Positions 28,365 through 36,888 of a DNA stretch of 64,000 bases are shown piece by piece (the stretch's first letter is position 1; every line of letters starts with the position of its first letter). This stretch comes from Escherichia phage vB_EcoM_JNE01: sequence record OR670491; one strand, given 5' to 3'. Both the position numbers and the translations under genes were made by a program. The notes under the pieces are model-generated. The model saw only the letters and a list, made by a program, of their open reading frames with translations. It ran no database searches and was not told the origin of the DNA.

Positions 28365-29060
28365 ATGGTTGAACAATTTATGTTTGGTGGTTATGCAAAT
28401 GGTGAAGTACGTAACATTTCTATTCCTTATGTTGTAGAAAAAGTTAACGGTTCAGAACGCACATATGACTTGGCATCTCGTATGATGCAAGACCGTATCC
28501 TATTCTTGGATACCGATTTCAACGACCAGATGGCACACATTATCAAACAACAATTGGTATGGCTTGATTCACAAGGTGATTCTCCAATCACTATGTATAT
28601 CTCGTCCCCAGGCGGTTCAGTTCACGCTGGTTTGGGTATTGCTGATGTTGCAAAATCCTGTATCTCTCCAATTCGTACTGTTGTTATGGGTTATGCTGCT
28701 TCTATGGGTTGCTATACTCAATCAGTACTGGGTACTAAGGGTTATCGTCTAGGTGGTAAGCGTTCATTCTTCATGTGTCACCAAGTAAGTTCTGGTACAC
28801 AGGGTTTGATTACTGACCAGAAGATTTCTTTGAGGCATTCTGACTCTCTGAACACGCTTCTAACGAAAGAAATCGCTGAAGCAGTAGGTGTGTCTCATGA
28901 ACAACTTCTGAAAGACGCAGACCGTGATTTGTGGCTAAATGCAGAAGAAGCACTTGAGTACGGCGAACATGGTTTCATTGATGGTATCATCCTTGGGCCA
29001 CGTGATGAAGCTGGTAAGTACCTTGTTAAGCGTCGTGGCGGCGTGGAAGAGTGGGTGTAA
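28365..29060 (+). CDS. clpP: ATP-dependent Clp protease proteolytic subunit (ClpP-like)
   Basis: SPGGSV, catalytic-Ser motif GYAASMG, His motif MCHQVSSG, Asp region RDLWLNAEEALEYG. Confidence 0.8.
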   Translation: MVEQFMFGGYANGEVRNISIPYVVEKVNGSERTYDLASRMMQDRILFLDTDFNDQMAHIIKQQLVWLDSQGDSPITMYISSPGGSVHAGLGIADVAKSCISPIRTVVMGYAASMGCYTQSVLGTKGYRLGGKRSFFMCHQVSSGTQGLITDQKISLRHSDSLNTLLTKEIAEAVGVSHEQLLKDADRDLWLNAEEALEYGEHGFIDGIILGPRDEAGKYLVKRRGGVEEWV

Positions 29061-29073
29061 TTGGTTGAGTATT

Positions 29074-29092
29074 GTGCCTCGAATTGAGGCAC
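29074..29092 (+). terminator. hairpin, possible terminator (weak T-tract)
   Basis: GTGCCTC-GAATT-GAGGCAC. Confidence 0.35.
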
Positions 29093-29122
29093 ATTATTGA
29101 TATTTTATTGAGGTAATTTCAA

Positions 29123-29407
29123 ATGACAAAAGTACTCGTTCGTAATAACAGTACTGAAGAAGTTCAAGTACTCGATGATTCAGAATTCATTGATGTAGCA
29201 CTAACTCAAATGTCCGAAGCTGCATTGTCAGTTAAAGGATGTACACAGTCTGAAGAACTGCTTGATGGTTTAGCTGTAGTTCTTGAACTAATGCAAGAAG
29301 TACTTGCAAAAAATAACATCAATCCAATTAACGTTGTGACACATGCAACCAATCTACGTAATGAGTTTGGTTCATTCAGTGACAAAAAAGCATCCACTAA
29401 AGAATAA
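29123..29407 (+). CDS. hypothetical protein (94 aa)
   Basis: ORF. Confidence 0.5.
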   Translation: MTKVLVRNNSTEEVQVLDDSEFIDVALTQMSEAALSVKGCTQSEELLDGLAVVLELMQEVLAKNNINPINVVTHATNLRNEFGSFSDKKASTKE

Positions 29408-29421
29408 GGAATAATAAGACA

Positions 29422-29865
29422 ATGGCTAATGATCAATACAAAGATGGACTAGAAGCATTCAAAGCAAAAGTAGTTCTAACTAATGAACAACTAAAAATGC
29501 AGCATCCACGATTCCGTCAGGGTTATCGTTCTGCACAAGAAGCAGCGATGAAGAAAAACAATCCAACGTTCCCTACAGCATTGTTTGATATTCCTAAACG
29601 TCCTGAAGTGTTTAAGGTCGAATGGACAGACATTATGGCTGCGACCAAACGACCTCGTTTTGCAAAACTTCATACCGATGAAGGTCGCTGGATGCTCATG
29701 GAAATCATGAAAGCAGTAGAAAAACAAGCCGACAAAATCGTTCGTTATAAAGATGTAGTGAATATGGTAGACAAAGCGTTTAACATTATCCTACAGTACG
29801 GTTACGATGAAGGTGTACTGACCGTAACTGATTGCGAACAGTACGATTTCGTACCAGTACAATAA
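29422..29865 (+). CDS. hypothetical protein (147 aa)
   Basis: ORF. Confidence 0.5.
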   Translation: MANDQYKDGLEAFKAKVVLTNEQLKMQHPRFRQGYRSAQEAAMKKNNPTFPTALFDIPKRPEVFKVEWTDIMAATKRPRFAKLHTDEGRWMLMEIMKAVEKQADKIVRYKDVVNMVDKAFNIILQYGYDEGVLTVTDCEQYDFVPVQ

Positions 29866-30013
29866 TCTTTTAAGGGAGTCTTTATGGCTCCCTATTCTCA
29901 TATGAGGAATATATGGAACTTTTAGTGCGGATATACATAAATCATTGTACAAAAATTGTCACTTTTGGGGTAAATACCGAAGGGTAACAGTTTTATAACA
30001 AGGTAGGTGGCAT

Positions 30014-30529
30014 ATGCAACACAAACTAAGTGAAGATCAAAGTGATGTTTTCTTACACCATATGTTTATAATTGATAAGTTTTTTGAGGGATTAAATGCG
30101 GAAGCAACTGCAATAATTAAGAAGTGGTATAAAGCTTATAAAAGAAATAAGAAATGGTATTGGTTGAATCGTGATATGGATTCTTTTATCCGAAAAATCA
30201 CATACAAAGACACCATAGAATTGAAACGTAGTTCTATGGGTTATAGCTATCTTTCTAAAACTCACGAAGAATCATGGAATATTGGGGTTAAAGTATCCGT
30301 TGTAGTTGATATGACCGGATTACCACAATCTGTTATCCAGGAAGAAACTGAGAAGTTATGGAAGATAGTAGAGTTCATGCACGATAACATTTCATTCGTT
30401 TATAAGAATTTCGATGCTTTTACTGACATAAAAGCGTACAATAGAAGCCCATATGTTCTTAGTGATAAACTTTATCATCACATGGAACTATGTAAGGCTT
30501 ATGTGAAGGAATGGAATCTAGAGGAATAA
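30014..30529 (+). CDS. hypothetical protein (171 aa)
   Basis: ORF after ~150 bp intergenic gap. Confidence 0.5.
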   Translation: MQHKLSEDQSDVFLHHMFIIDKFFEGLNAEATAIIKKWYKAYKRNKKWYWLNRDMDSFIRKITYKDTIELKRSSMGYSYLSKTHEESWNIGVKVSVVVDMTGLPQSVIQEETEKLWKIVEFMHDNISFVYKNFDAFTDIKAYNRSPYVLSDKLYHHMELCKAYVKEWNLEE

Positions 30530-30530
30530 A

Positions 30531-31055
30531 ATGAAATATACAGTACTGTCAGCACAAGACACAGAGATATGGCTTGGTAACGTATTAAAAACACTGATGG
30601 TTATAAAGAAGTTGATTTCATCTATCGGTGCTATTGAGACTAATCTCAAGCAAGATATCTTAAATGACTTCCACCGAAACGCGTACATGAAGTTCTACTC
30701 CAATATGTTCTATGGACTTTATGATTCTGATGATATCTGCATTTTTCCAAGTGGGAAAGCATGGTCATTAAACAGTGCATGTTTCAGTGATCTAAGGTAC
30801 AGTTTAACCCAAGAACAAGTGGATGCAAGAAAATACTTGGAACAAATCATGGATGATGGTACAATTACTTTCGTATCGGAAATCAGTCATTGCTGGAATG
30901 TCTATGCAGACAAACCATTCAATATTTCAGAAGAAGATATCATCAATTACACCCGCATCATGAGAATTCATGAATGTGTTAAAATGGCATTAAAAGATAT
31001 AGGACTATACGATGAAGCATGTAACTTGGATGAAGATAGCAGAAGTAGTAGCTGA
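30531..31055 (+). CDS. hypothetical protein (174 aa)
   Basis: ORF. Confidence 0.5.
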   Translation: MKYTVLSAQDTEIWLGNVLKTLMVIKKLISSIGAIETNLKQDILNDFHRNAYMKFYSNMFYGLYDSDDICIFPSGKAWSLNSACFSDLRYSLTQEQVDARKYLEQIMDDGTITFVSEISHCWNVYADKPFNISEEDIINYTRIMRIHECVKMALKDIGLYDEACNLDEDSRSSS

Positions 31056-31488
31056 GGAAAGTAAGTGTCTTTCCCAGCACGTAGGTTGTGTAATCGTCAA
31101 GAATGACCGAGTGTTAAGTACTGGATACAATGGTACTCCATCTAAGCAGGTAAACTGTTGTGATGCGAATGCAAATTTGGTTCACGATGGTAAGTTTCAA
31201 GATTGGGTATCTGAGGATGCAAAACATGAACACCATGAGTGGAGTAATCTCCATGAGATTCATGCTGAGATGAATGCAATTCTTTACAGTTCTCCTACAG
31301 AACGTCAAGGTGCAACACTTTACAGTACTCTCCAACCGTGTTATACTTGTTCTAAGTTAATCGCTGGAAGTGGTATTAAGCGTGTTATCTATATGAAAAG
31401 CTACCCAAGAACTCCAGCAGAAGCCATCAAAGTACTGGAAGATGCTGGGATTGAAGTTAACTGTATTTTTGACATGGGATTAAAATAA
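31012..31488 (+). CDS. cd: dCMP deaminase
   Basis: ESKC..VGCVIV..TGYNG..VNCCD..HAEMNAIL..PCYTCSKLIAGSGIKRV; zinc-binding HAE/PCxxC deaminase motifs as in T4 Cd. Confidence 0.8.
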   Translation: MKHVTWMKIAEVVAEESKCLSQHVGCVIVKNDRVLSTGYNGTPSKQVNCCDANANLVHDGKFQDWVSEDAKHEHHEWSNLHEIHAEMNAILYSSPTERQGATLYSTLQPCYTCSKLIAGSGIKRVIYMKSYPRTPAEAIKVLEDAGIEVNCIFDMGLK

Positions 31489-31787
31489 TGATTCAAGCTT
31501 TTGTTTTTCTTGGTCTGGGGTCGTTCTTACTAATCGTGTGGGTTATTGTTTGTTCTATCATATCAGTAACTGACAGTCCACATAAGATTAAAAAATATGA
31601 GGTTCGTTATGAACCAAAAAACAATAAGTACTATATCGTTCGAACATTCTGCTACTTAGATAAAGAAGAACGCATTCGTGGACGTTTGAGACTAACGATT
31701 TATTATAAAGATATCTCGAAAGCATCATATGTGTGTGAATTACTGAATAAAGATTACAGTGCGATTTCTGGTAATACTGAACTATAA
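31488..31787 (+). CDS. membrane protein (99 aa, N-terminal TM)
   Basis: Hydrophobic FVFLGLGSFLLIVWVIVCSIISV. Confidence 0.5.
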   Translation: MIQAFVFLGLGSFLLIVWVIVCSIISVTDSPHKIKKYEVRYEPKNNKYYIVRTFCYLDKEERIRGRLRLTIYYKDISKASYVCELLNKDYSAISGNTEL

Positions 31788-31795
31788 AAGAAAAA

Positions 31796-31817
31796 GGAGC
31801 CATAAGGCTCCTTTTTT
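31796..31817 (+). terminator. rho-independent terminator
   Basis: GGAGCC-ATAA-GGCTCC then TTTTTT. Confidence 0.75.
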
Positions 31818-31939
31818 GTTATTTAAAAACTATGAATGTAAATGTTAATAGAATGGTCTATTTGTGAAAAATTGGTACATTAGAAGTACTGTAATGTAGT
31901 TATATCTCACCCTGTTCGTTAAGAGATAATAAATTTAGT

Positions 31940-31968
31940 TTGACTTAAGGGAAACTTCCATGTATCAT
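31940..31968 (+). promoter_or_regulatory. sigma70-like promoter (TTGACT-17-TATCAT)
   Basis: Hexamers with 17-nt spacer seen in sequence. Confidence 0.45.
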
Positions 31969-32022
31969 TACTTCATCGTCTTAGAAACACATGGCGATTG
32001 ATGCACAAGTGAACTATAAGTG

Positions 32023-32051
32023 TTGACTTATGGCAAATCTAGTGATACAAT
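32023..32051 (+). promoter_or_regulatory. sigma70-like promoter (TTGACT-17-TACAAT)
   Basis: Hexamers with 17-nt spacer; ~45 nt upstream of ATG 32093. Confidence 0.5.
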
Positions 32052-32092
32052 GCAAGAAACAACATAAAGAGGGCAAAAAAGTGTATCGATTC

Positions 32093-32692
32093 ATGAAGGA
32101 AGTGTTTCAAGCAGTTATCGTTATGATGCTTATCAATTTCCCATGCAGTGCAGGTGTGGAACGAACAAGTGTCATGCGATATTATGAGGAACCTAATGCT
32201 CTGGTGGTTATATCAGAGTTAACGGATGGTTCTGCTGACCGTATAATCAATTTTTACGATAAGACCCCATTCAAAACATTAATCATTACATCTCCAGGTG
32301 GGAGTGTAGATGCAGGTCTGAAATTGGGTTCTTTAGTGAAAGAAAATGGAATTCAAGTGATTGTTGTAAAGTACTGCAACTCTGCATGTTCCCTCGTGTA
32401 CTTCAGTTCACCGAAGGATAAGAGACTAATGGAAGATGATTCAGTACTTGGACTACATAACGTTTCAATTGAAAGCAAAGGGGGTGATGGTGATAACACT
32501 TATGTGACTATTCGACAGTTGAAGCAGTTCACAGAGGAATTGTCATCTAAAGTAGGTTTTATGTTTACGTTGTACGCCAGTAATGGTATTCCTACAAACG
32601 TACTAATGCGTATCGCAACTGCACGTGGTGATGATGTAATTGTTGTCACTAAAAAAGAATTAGAAGTTTGGGAAGCATCAATCCCTGACTGA
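32093..32692 (+). CDS. secreted ClpP/S49-like serine peptidase (putative)
   Basis: Signal-like N-terminus MKEVFQAVIVMMLINFPCSAG; TSPGGSV; CNSACS and GLHNVS motifs resembling ClpP Ser/His regions. Confidence 0.5.
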   Translation: MKEVFQAVIVMMLINFPCSAGVERTSVMRYYEEPNALVVISELTDGSADRIINFYDKTPFKTLIITSPGGSVDAGLKLGSLVKENGIQVIVVKYCNSACSLVYFSSPKDKRLMEDDSVLGLHNVSIESKGGDGDNTYVTIRQLKQFTEELSSKVGFMFTLYASNGIPTNVLMRIATARGDDVIVVTKKELEVWEASIPD

Positions 32693-32765
32693 TTATAATT
32701 ACAAGAGGATGATATGTGTTGTACTCCCCTTGTAAAAAACATATAAAATACACTGGGATATTAAT

Positions 32766-33026
32766 ATGAGCACATTGCTTGATTGGATTTCAATCCTTTA
32801 TTATTCAATTTTAGTTTTATACAGTTTCACTATTCTACTTTCCGTTGGAATGTATAAAGAATTTCGTAATGGTTTTTTGAATGAAAAAACTAATAAGTTT
32901 GCTTCTAAATTCGAAGCAGTACTTTATTATTGTTTAGCTTCTGGATACATTACCTGTTTAGTACTAATGGGTATTCTTATGTATTTTATGGGAACCATTT
33001 TACAAGTTCTTCCATCTCTAAGTTAA
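32766..33026 (+). CDS. membrane protein (86 aa)
   Basis: Two to three hydrophobic segments. Confidence 0.5.
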   Translation: MSTLLDWISILYYSILVLYSFTILLSVGMYKEFRNGFLNEKTNKFASKFEAVLYYCLASGYITCLVLMGILMYFMGTILQVLPSLS

Positions 33027-33032
33027 GTGAAT

Positions 33033-33058
33033 AAAAAAGGGAGCATAAGCTCCCTTTT
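33033..33058. terminator. bidirectional terminator
   Basis: AAAAAA-GGGAGC-ATAA-GCTCCC-TTTT between convergent genes. Confidence 0.7.
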
Positions 33059-33063
33059 CTAAT

Positions 33064-33972
33064 TTAAGCTGCACTTACAACATAAGTACATTCAGCAGTA
33101 TGTGAACCATCAACTGTAGTTACGATAACACTAGCATTACCTTCACCAACTAATGTCACTAAACCTGCATTTGATACAGTAAGAACTTCATCGTTAGTAC
33201 TTGACCATACAACATCTTTGTTAGCTGCATTTACTGGGAGTACAGTTGCAATTAGTGTTTCGGTTCCACCAATTGGGCCATTACTTGATGTTTTACTTAA
33301 AGTAACACCAGTAACTGGGGTATTGACAACATATGCACAAGATGCTACTTTAGAACCATCAACTGTTGTTGCGTTGACTGTTGCTGAACCGTTACCAACT
33401 AGAGTTACTAATCCAGAATTAGACACGGTGAGTACTGCGTCATTAGTACTTGACCATACAACTGATTTATTTGTTGCATTTTCAGGTAATACAGTTGCAA
33501 CTAGTGTTTCAGAACCACCAATCTGACCATTACTAGAATTTTTATTCAATGAAATACTTTCGACTGGAACAACAACTGCGACATACTTAGTCGCGTACTT
33601 ACCAGTTTGTACTTCATTGCCATTAGTAAGAATTACTTTATGGGTGAAAAATTTATATGCAAAACCGAGTGCTTCCATAGTTGTTGCATCATAAACTTTA
33701 ACAGCGAATTCATCACGACCAAGTGCACTTGCAATTTCTTGGGCAGTGGCTGATAAATCAAGTAGGTTACGATTTTTATCTCGACCAACCATTGATACTC
33801 TTTGATAAACAGTAGTTGAATCACTATCAACTAAGTCAAACATGCGAGTACTACACTCGTTGATAATGTATAGTTCTTTATCAATTTCTTGAGCACTGTG
33901 ATCAGTTGCTGCAAAAACACAGATACCACCAACGTTGAATGGCAATTCACCAAATTTAGCTATAGGCTTCAT
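33064..33972 (-). CDS. Ig-like (Big_2 repeat) domain protein, Hoc/decoration- or tail-like
   Basis: Only reverse-strand gene; two ~85-aa repeats ...GGSETL.ATVLP.NA.NK.VVWSSTND.VLTVSN.GLVTLVG.G.A.V..TTVDGS...; AGGAG RBS. Confidence 0.6.
   Translation of the reverse strand: MKPIAKFGELPFNVGGICVFAATDHSAQEIDKELYIINECSTRMFDLVDSDSTTVYQRVSMVGRDKNRNLLDLSATAQEIASALGRDEFAVKVYDATTMEALGFAYKFFTHKVILTNGNEVQTGKYATKYVAVVVPVESISLNKNSSNGQIGGSETLVATVLPENATNKSVVWSSTNDAVLTVSNSGLVTLVGNGSATVNATTVDGSKVASCAYVVNTPVTGVTLSKTSSNGPIGGTETLIATVLPVNAANKDVVWSSTNDEVLTVSNAGLVTLVGEGNASVIVTTVDGSHTAECTYVVSAA
33100..33620 (-). repeat. tandem duplication (~255 bp period) encoding two Ig-like domains
   Basis: Repeated peptide blocks in both the - frame and the + shadow frame. 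Confidence 0.5.
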
Positions 33973-34003
33973 TTGCTTCTCCTATCAATAGAATTATTTT
34001 AAT

Positions 34004-34011
34004 TATTTATA
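34004..34011 (-). promoter_or_regulatory. T4-type late promoter motif TATAAATA (reverse strand)
   Basis: Exact TATAAATA ~32 nt upstream of the reverse-strand ATG at 33972. Confidence 0.5.
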
Positions 34012-34020
34012 AAATTCAGG

Positions 34021-34049
34021 TTGACAAACATCAACAATCCTAATACAAT
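34021..34049 (+). promoter_or_regulatory. sigma70-like promoter (TTGACA-17-TACAAT)
   Basis: Consensus -35 and near-consensus -10 with 17-nt spacer, ~30 nt upstream of ATG 34081. Confidence 0.6.
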
Positions 34050-34080
34050 AGTACTAAATCCAACCGAATAGGAATAAGAC

Positions 34081-34683
34081 ATGACTTGCATCATCGCTCA
34101 CGCAACACGTACTTCATCGTTTATTGCTGCTGACAAGTTAGGTAGCAATAACTTTACAAAAGCAATCCAATCTGAGCCAAAGATCTTTGAGAAAGAGTTC
34201 GATTCTCGTGTATTGGAAGAAGGGTTTATCCCAACAATTCACAAAGATACCATGACAATCGGATACACTACATCGTTCCGTATGGGACAGTTGTTGGAAC
34301 ATTGTCTTGTTCTACCAGAGAAGCAACCAACCCAATCGTTCAAGGAATATCTAGTACAATCAGTAGTTCCAGCTATCCGCACTTTATTCCGTGAAGAATG
34401 GGGTTCTCGTGCCGATAATCAAGATGTAGGTGGTGGTCAGTTCATCATCCTTCATAAGCACAAGATCTATGAAATTCATGAAGACTTCTGTGTACTTGAA
34501 CCAAAAAACAACATCAGTGCAGTTGGTAGTGGTGCATATCATGCAATTGCAGCAATGGCAGCTTATCTAACAGTTGAAACTGAAACTGAAGTTCCATTGG
34601 TTGACCGTATTGGTTCGATCTTTGATATCGTCAGCGATCATGTTGTTAGCGTGAGTTTTGAGCATGACATTCTAAAATACTAA
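34081..34683 (+). CDS. HslV/proteasome-beta-like Ntn hydrolase (putative)
   Basis: Thr at position 2 (MTCIIA...) and ...ISAVGSGAYHAIAAMAAYL resembling HslV GSGG.YA.AAA.AL region. Confidence 0.45.
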   Translation: MTCIIAHATRTSSFIAADKLGSNNFTKAIQSEPKIFEKEFDSRVLEEGFIPTIHKDTMTIGYTTSFRMGQLLEHCLVLPEKQPTQSFKEYLVQSVVPAIRTLFREEWGSRADNQDVGGGQFIILHKHKIYEIHEDFCVLEPKNNISAVGSGAYHAIAAMAAYLTVETETEVPLVDRIGSIFDIVSDHVVSVSFEHDILKY

Positions 34684-34711
34684 TAGGTGCACTAATATAA
34701 TAAGAGAGTAC

Positions 34712-34906
34712 ATGATGACATGGGATATTCTTGACATTGTTTTGCAGTTCTTGATGATTTTGATTGCAGTTGTTTGGTACAATCACATTGTTCTGTTATA
34801 TAATGAAGTTCGTAGTACTAAAGCAGATAAACATTTGACGTACCACATTTCAATCATCGTAAGTGCTTCAATTGTTCTTCTAACGAACTATTTGTTTGCA
34901 CGTTGA
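34712..34906 (+). CDS. small membrane protein (64 aa)
   Basis: Two hydrophobic segments. Confidence 0.45.
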   Translation: MMTWDILDIVLQFLMILIAVVWYNHIVLLYNEVRSTKADKHLTYHISIIVSASIVLLTNYLFAR

Positions 34907-34917
34907 AAGGTCAACAT

Positions 34918-35670
34918 ATGTCTACACAATCCTTTTTAGAAAAAGCAGGGGAAAAACGTTTACTGATAATCAGCGGGGCTGGGTTATCGGTTGAAAGTGG
35001 GATGGAGCCATTTCGTTTTGATGATGGCTTATGGGATAACTTTCAAATCAATGACGTGTGTAATATTGCACGTCTTAGTTCCAAATATCATATAGTACAT
35101 GCATTCTATAATACTCTAAGAGTAAAATTAGGTTCGTGTGAACCAAATGCAATGCACTATTACATCAAATCATTAGAGGATCAGTACAAAGATAATTTCT
35201 TACACATGACCTCCAATATGGATGATTTGTACACTCGAATCGGTGGAACCGAGTTGAAGCTTCATGGTAATCTACGAGAAGTTATTAAAAACTACTCAAT
35301 CAATAGTGATGACTATGAAGTAATTGACTGTGGTTATGAACCGTTCATTCCAGAGACTGATGTGTTCTCTAAACCAAATGTTGTTATGATTGGTGAATAT
35401 CATCGTTATGTGGATGGGAACCGTCTTCCTATCTACGAAGAACGAAATGAAGTGTTGCGTAGTCTTACTGAAAATGATACAGTAATTGTTATTGGGAGCA
35501 GTGATACAGTACTGGTATGGTCCAGACTAGCTGGGGCGTTACCTTGTTATAGTGTTACTGTTAACGTCAGAAAGAATGACAATGACTTCCTATTCAATGA
35601 ACGTATCATTAAGCCAGCAACTAAAGCAATTCCAGTACTGGAGCCAATCATTAAGGAAAGAATGAAATGA
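34918..35670 (+). CDS. Sir2-family protein (NAD+-dependent deacylase/ADP-ribosyltransferase/NADase-like), no Zn-ribbon module
   Basis: GAGLSVESGMEPFRFDDGLW, TSNMDDLYTRIGG, KLHGNL, VIVIGSSDTVL match sirtuin motifs; ATG 34918 after GAAAGG. Confidence 0.65.
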   Translation: MSTQSFLEKAGEKRLLIISGAGLSVESGMEPFRFDDGLWDNFQINDVCNIARLSSKYHIVHAFYNTLRVKLGSCEPNAMHYYIKSLEDQYKDNFLHMTSNMDDLYTRIGGTELKLHGNLREVIKNYSINSDDYEVIDCGYEPFIPETDVFSKPNVVMIGEYHRYVDGNRLPIYEERNEVLRSLTENDTVIVIGSSDTVLVWSRLAGALPCYSVTVNVRKNDNDFLFNERIIKPATKAIPVLEPIIKERMK

Positions 35671-36224
35671 GTTTGAGAGAAGTACCACTCGGAGAATTTG
35701 GCAAACAAGCAAACTTTGTATTCTGTTACTTCTTTGCACGAAATTGTAATCCATATGAGAATTACGAGTTGAATGATATTCCAGTAGTTAATCTGGTACT
35801 CCTTCAACTCCGTTGGGATGGGTTGATGGGTGGATGTGGAGGAACAGTTGAAGATTCTGATACTTCACTTGAAGCTGCGTTGAAGCGTGAAATCCAAGAA
35901 GAAATGGATTATAATATTTCCATTGAACAGTTGAAACCTCTAAAGACGTTTGAATTGTTCCCTGGTGCTAACACTCATAGCTTCAGTTATGAAGTCACAT
36001 ATGATGAGTTGAAAGCGATTCGTGACGGGTACAGTACTGCTAAACATGCCAGTGCTGAAGTAGCGGGTGTAAATTTATGTCACATTTCTCGATATTCTAA
36101 GGGAAAAAATCGAGAAGCAGGATATAATAATCTCATGACACAAAACTTCATTGGAACAGCTAAGGAAGAATTGCAGTACTTAGTTGAAAATGAAAACTTA
36201 CTTATCAGTTACTTACAAGGGTAG
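35667..36224 (+). CDS. Nudix-like hydrolase (putative, divergent Nudix box)
   Basis: GGCGGTVEDSDTSLEAALKREIQEEMDY resembles GX5EX7REUXEEXGU with altered spacing. Confidence 0.4.
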   Translation: MSLREVPLGEFGKQANFVFCYFFARNCNPYENYELNDIPVVNLVLLQLRWDGLMGGCGGTVEDSDTSLEAALKREIQEEMDYNISIEQLKPLKTFELFPGANTHSFSYEVTYDELKAIRDGYSTAKHASAEVAGVNLCHISRYSKGKNREAGYNNLMTQNFIGTAKEELQYLVENENLLISYLQG

Positions 36225-36230
36225 AACAAA

Positions 36231-36551
36231 ATGTCATATGAAATGTTCCTCGATGATATTCGTAACCCAGGATACTATTATCCAGGTCGTTCGATGGTTG
36301 TATGTCGTGATTTTAAAAGTGCATGTAAACAAGTTGAAAAATTTGGTATTCCATCATTTATTTCATTCGATCACGATTTGGGCGACATGAATTATGATGA
36401 AAAAACTGGGTATTCCTTCGCTAAATGGATTATTGATTATATGTTTGAGCACGAAATCAAAACACCTTTTGCATTTCATGTTCACAGTAGTAATCCAGTT
36501 GGTAAAGTGAATATCGAACATTACCTTAACAATGCATTCGAAAATTTATGA
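36231..36551 (+). CDS. hypothetical protein (106 aa), conserved acidic motifs
   Basis: FLDDIR and SFDHDLG motifs; no family assigned. Confidence 0.45.
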   Translation: MSYEMFLDDIRNPGYYYPGRSMVVCRDFKSACKQVEKFGIPSFISFDHDLGDMNYDEKTGYSFAKWIIDYMFEHEIKTPFAFHVHSSNPVGKVNIEHYLNNAFENL

Positions 36552-36838
36552 AACAGTTAATTATAAGTGCATTAATAACAATAGCGTTATGTACGGTGTG
36601 TATTCTAATTTTGAATTATATTGACCAAAATTCAAAACAGAATGAACACTTTCAGTCCGCTGTAGTAATTTCATTAGGTCAGTGCAGTAAAAGTGCATGT
36701 TCTTTCACTTACAAAACCGAAGATGGTTATGTAATGTCTGGACTGTCAGAAAAACCAGTATCGATTGGTCAGATTGTTTACCAAAAGTGCTGGGAAACTA
36801 AAGTGCGAGGTCATGCTTGTAGTGATTTCGTGCAATAA
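36548..36838 (+). CDS. secreted/membrane Cys-containing protein (96 aa)
   Basis: N-terminal hydrophobic segment. Confidence 0.45.
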   Translation: MKQLIISALITIALCTVCILILNYIDQNSKQNEHFQSAVVISLGQCSKSACSFTYKTEDGYVMSGLSEKPVSIGQIVYQKCWETKVRGHACSDFVQ

Positions 36839-36888
36839 GTAATCTACCAATCGAGTACAAGGATGTACTCATAACTCAAGGATGTTTT

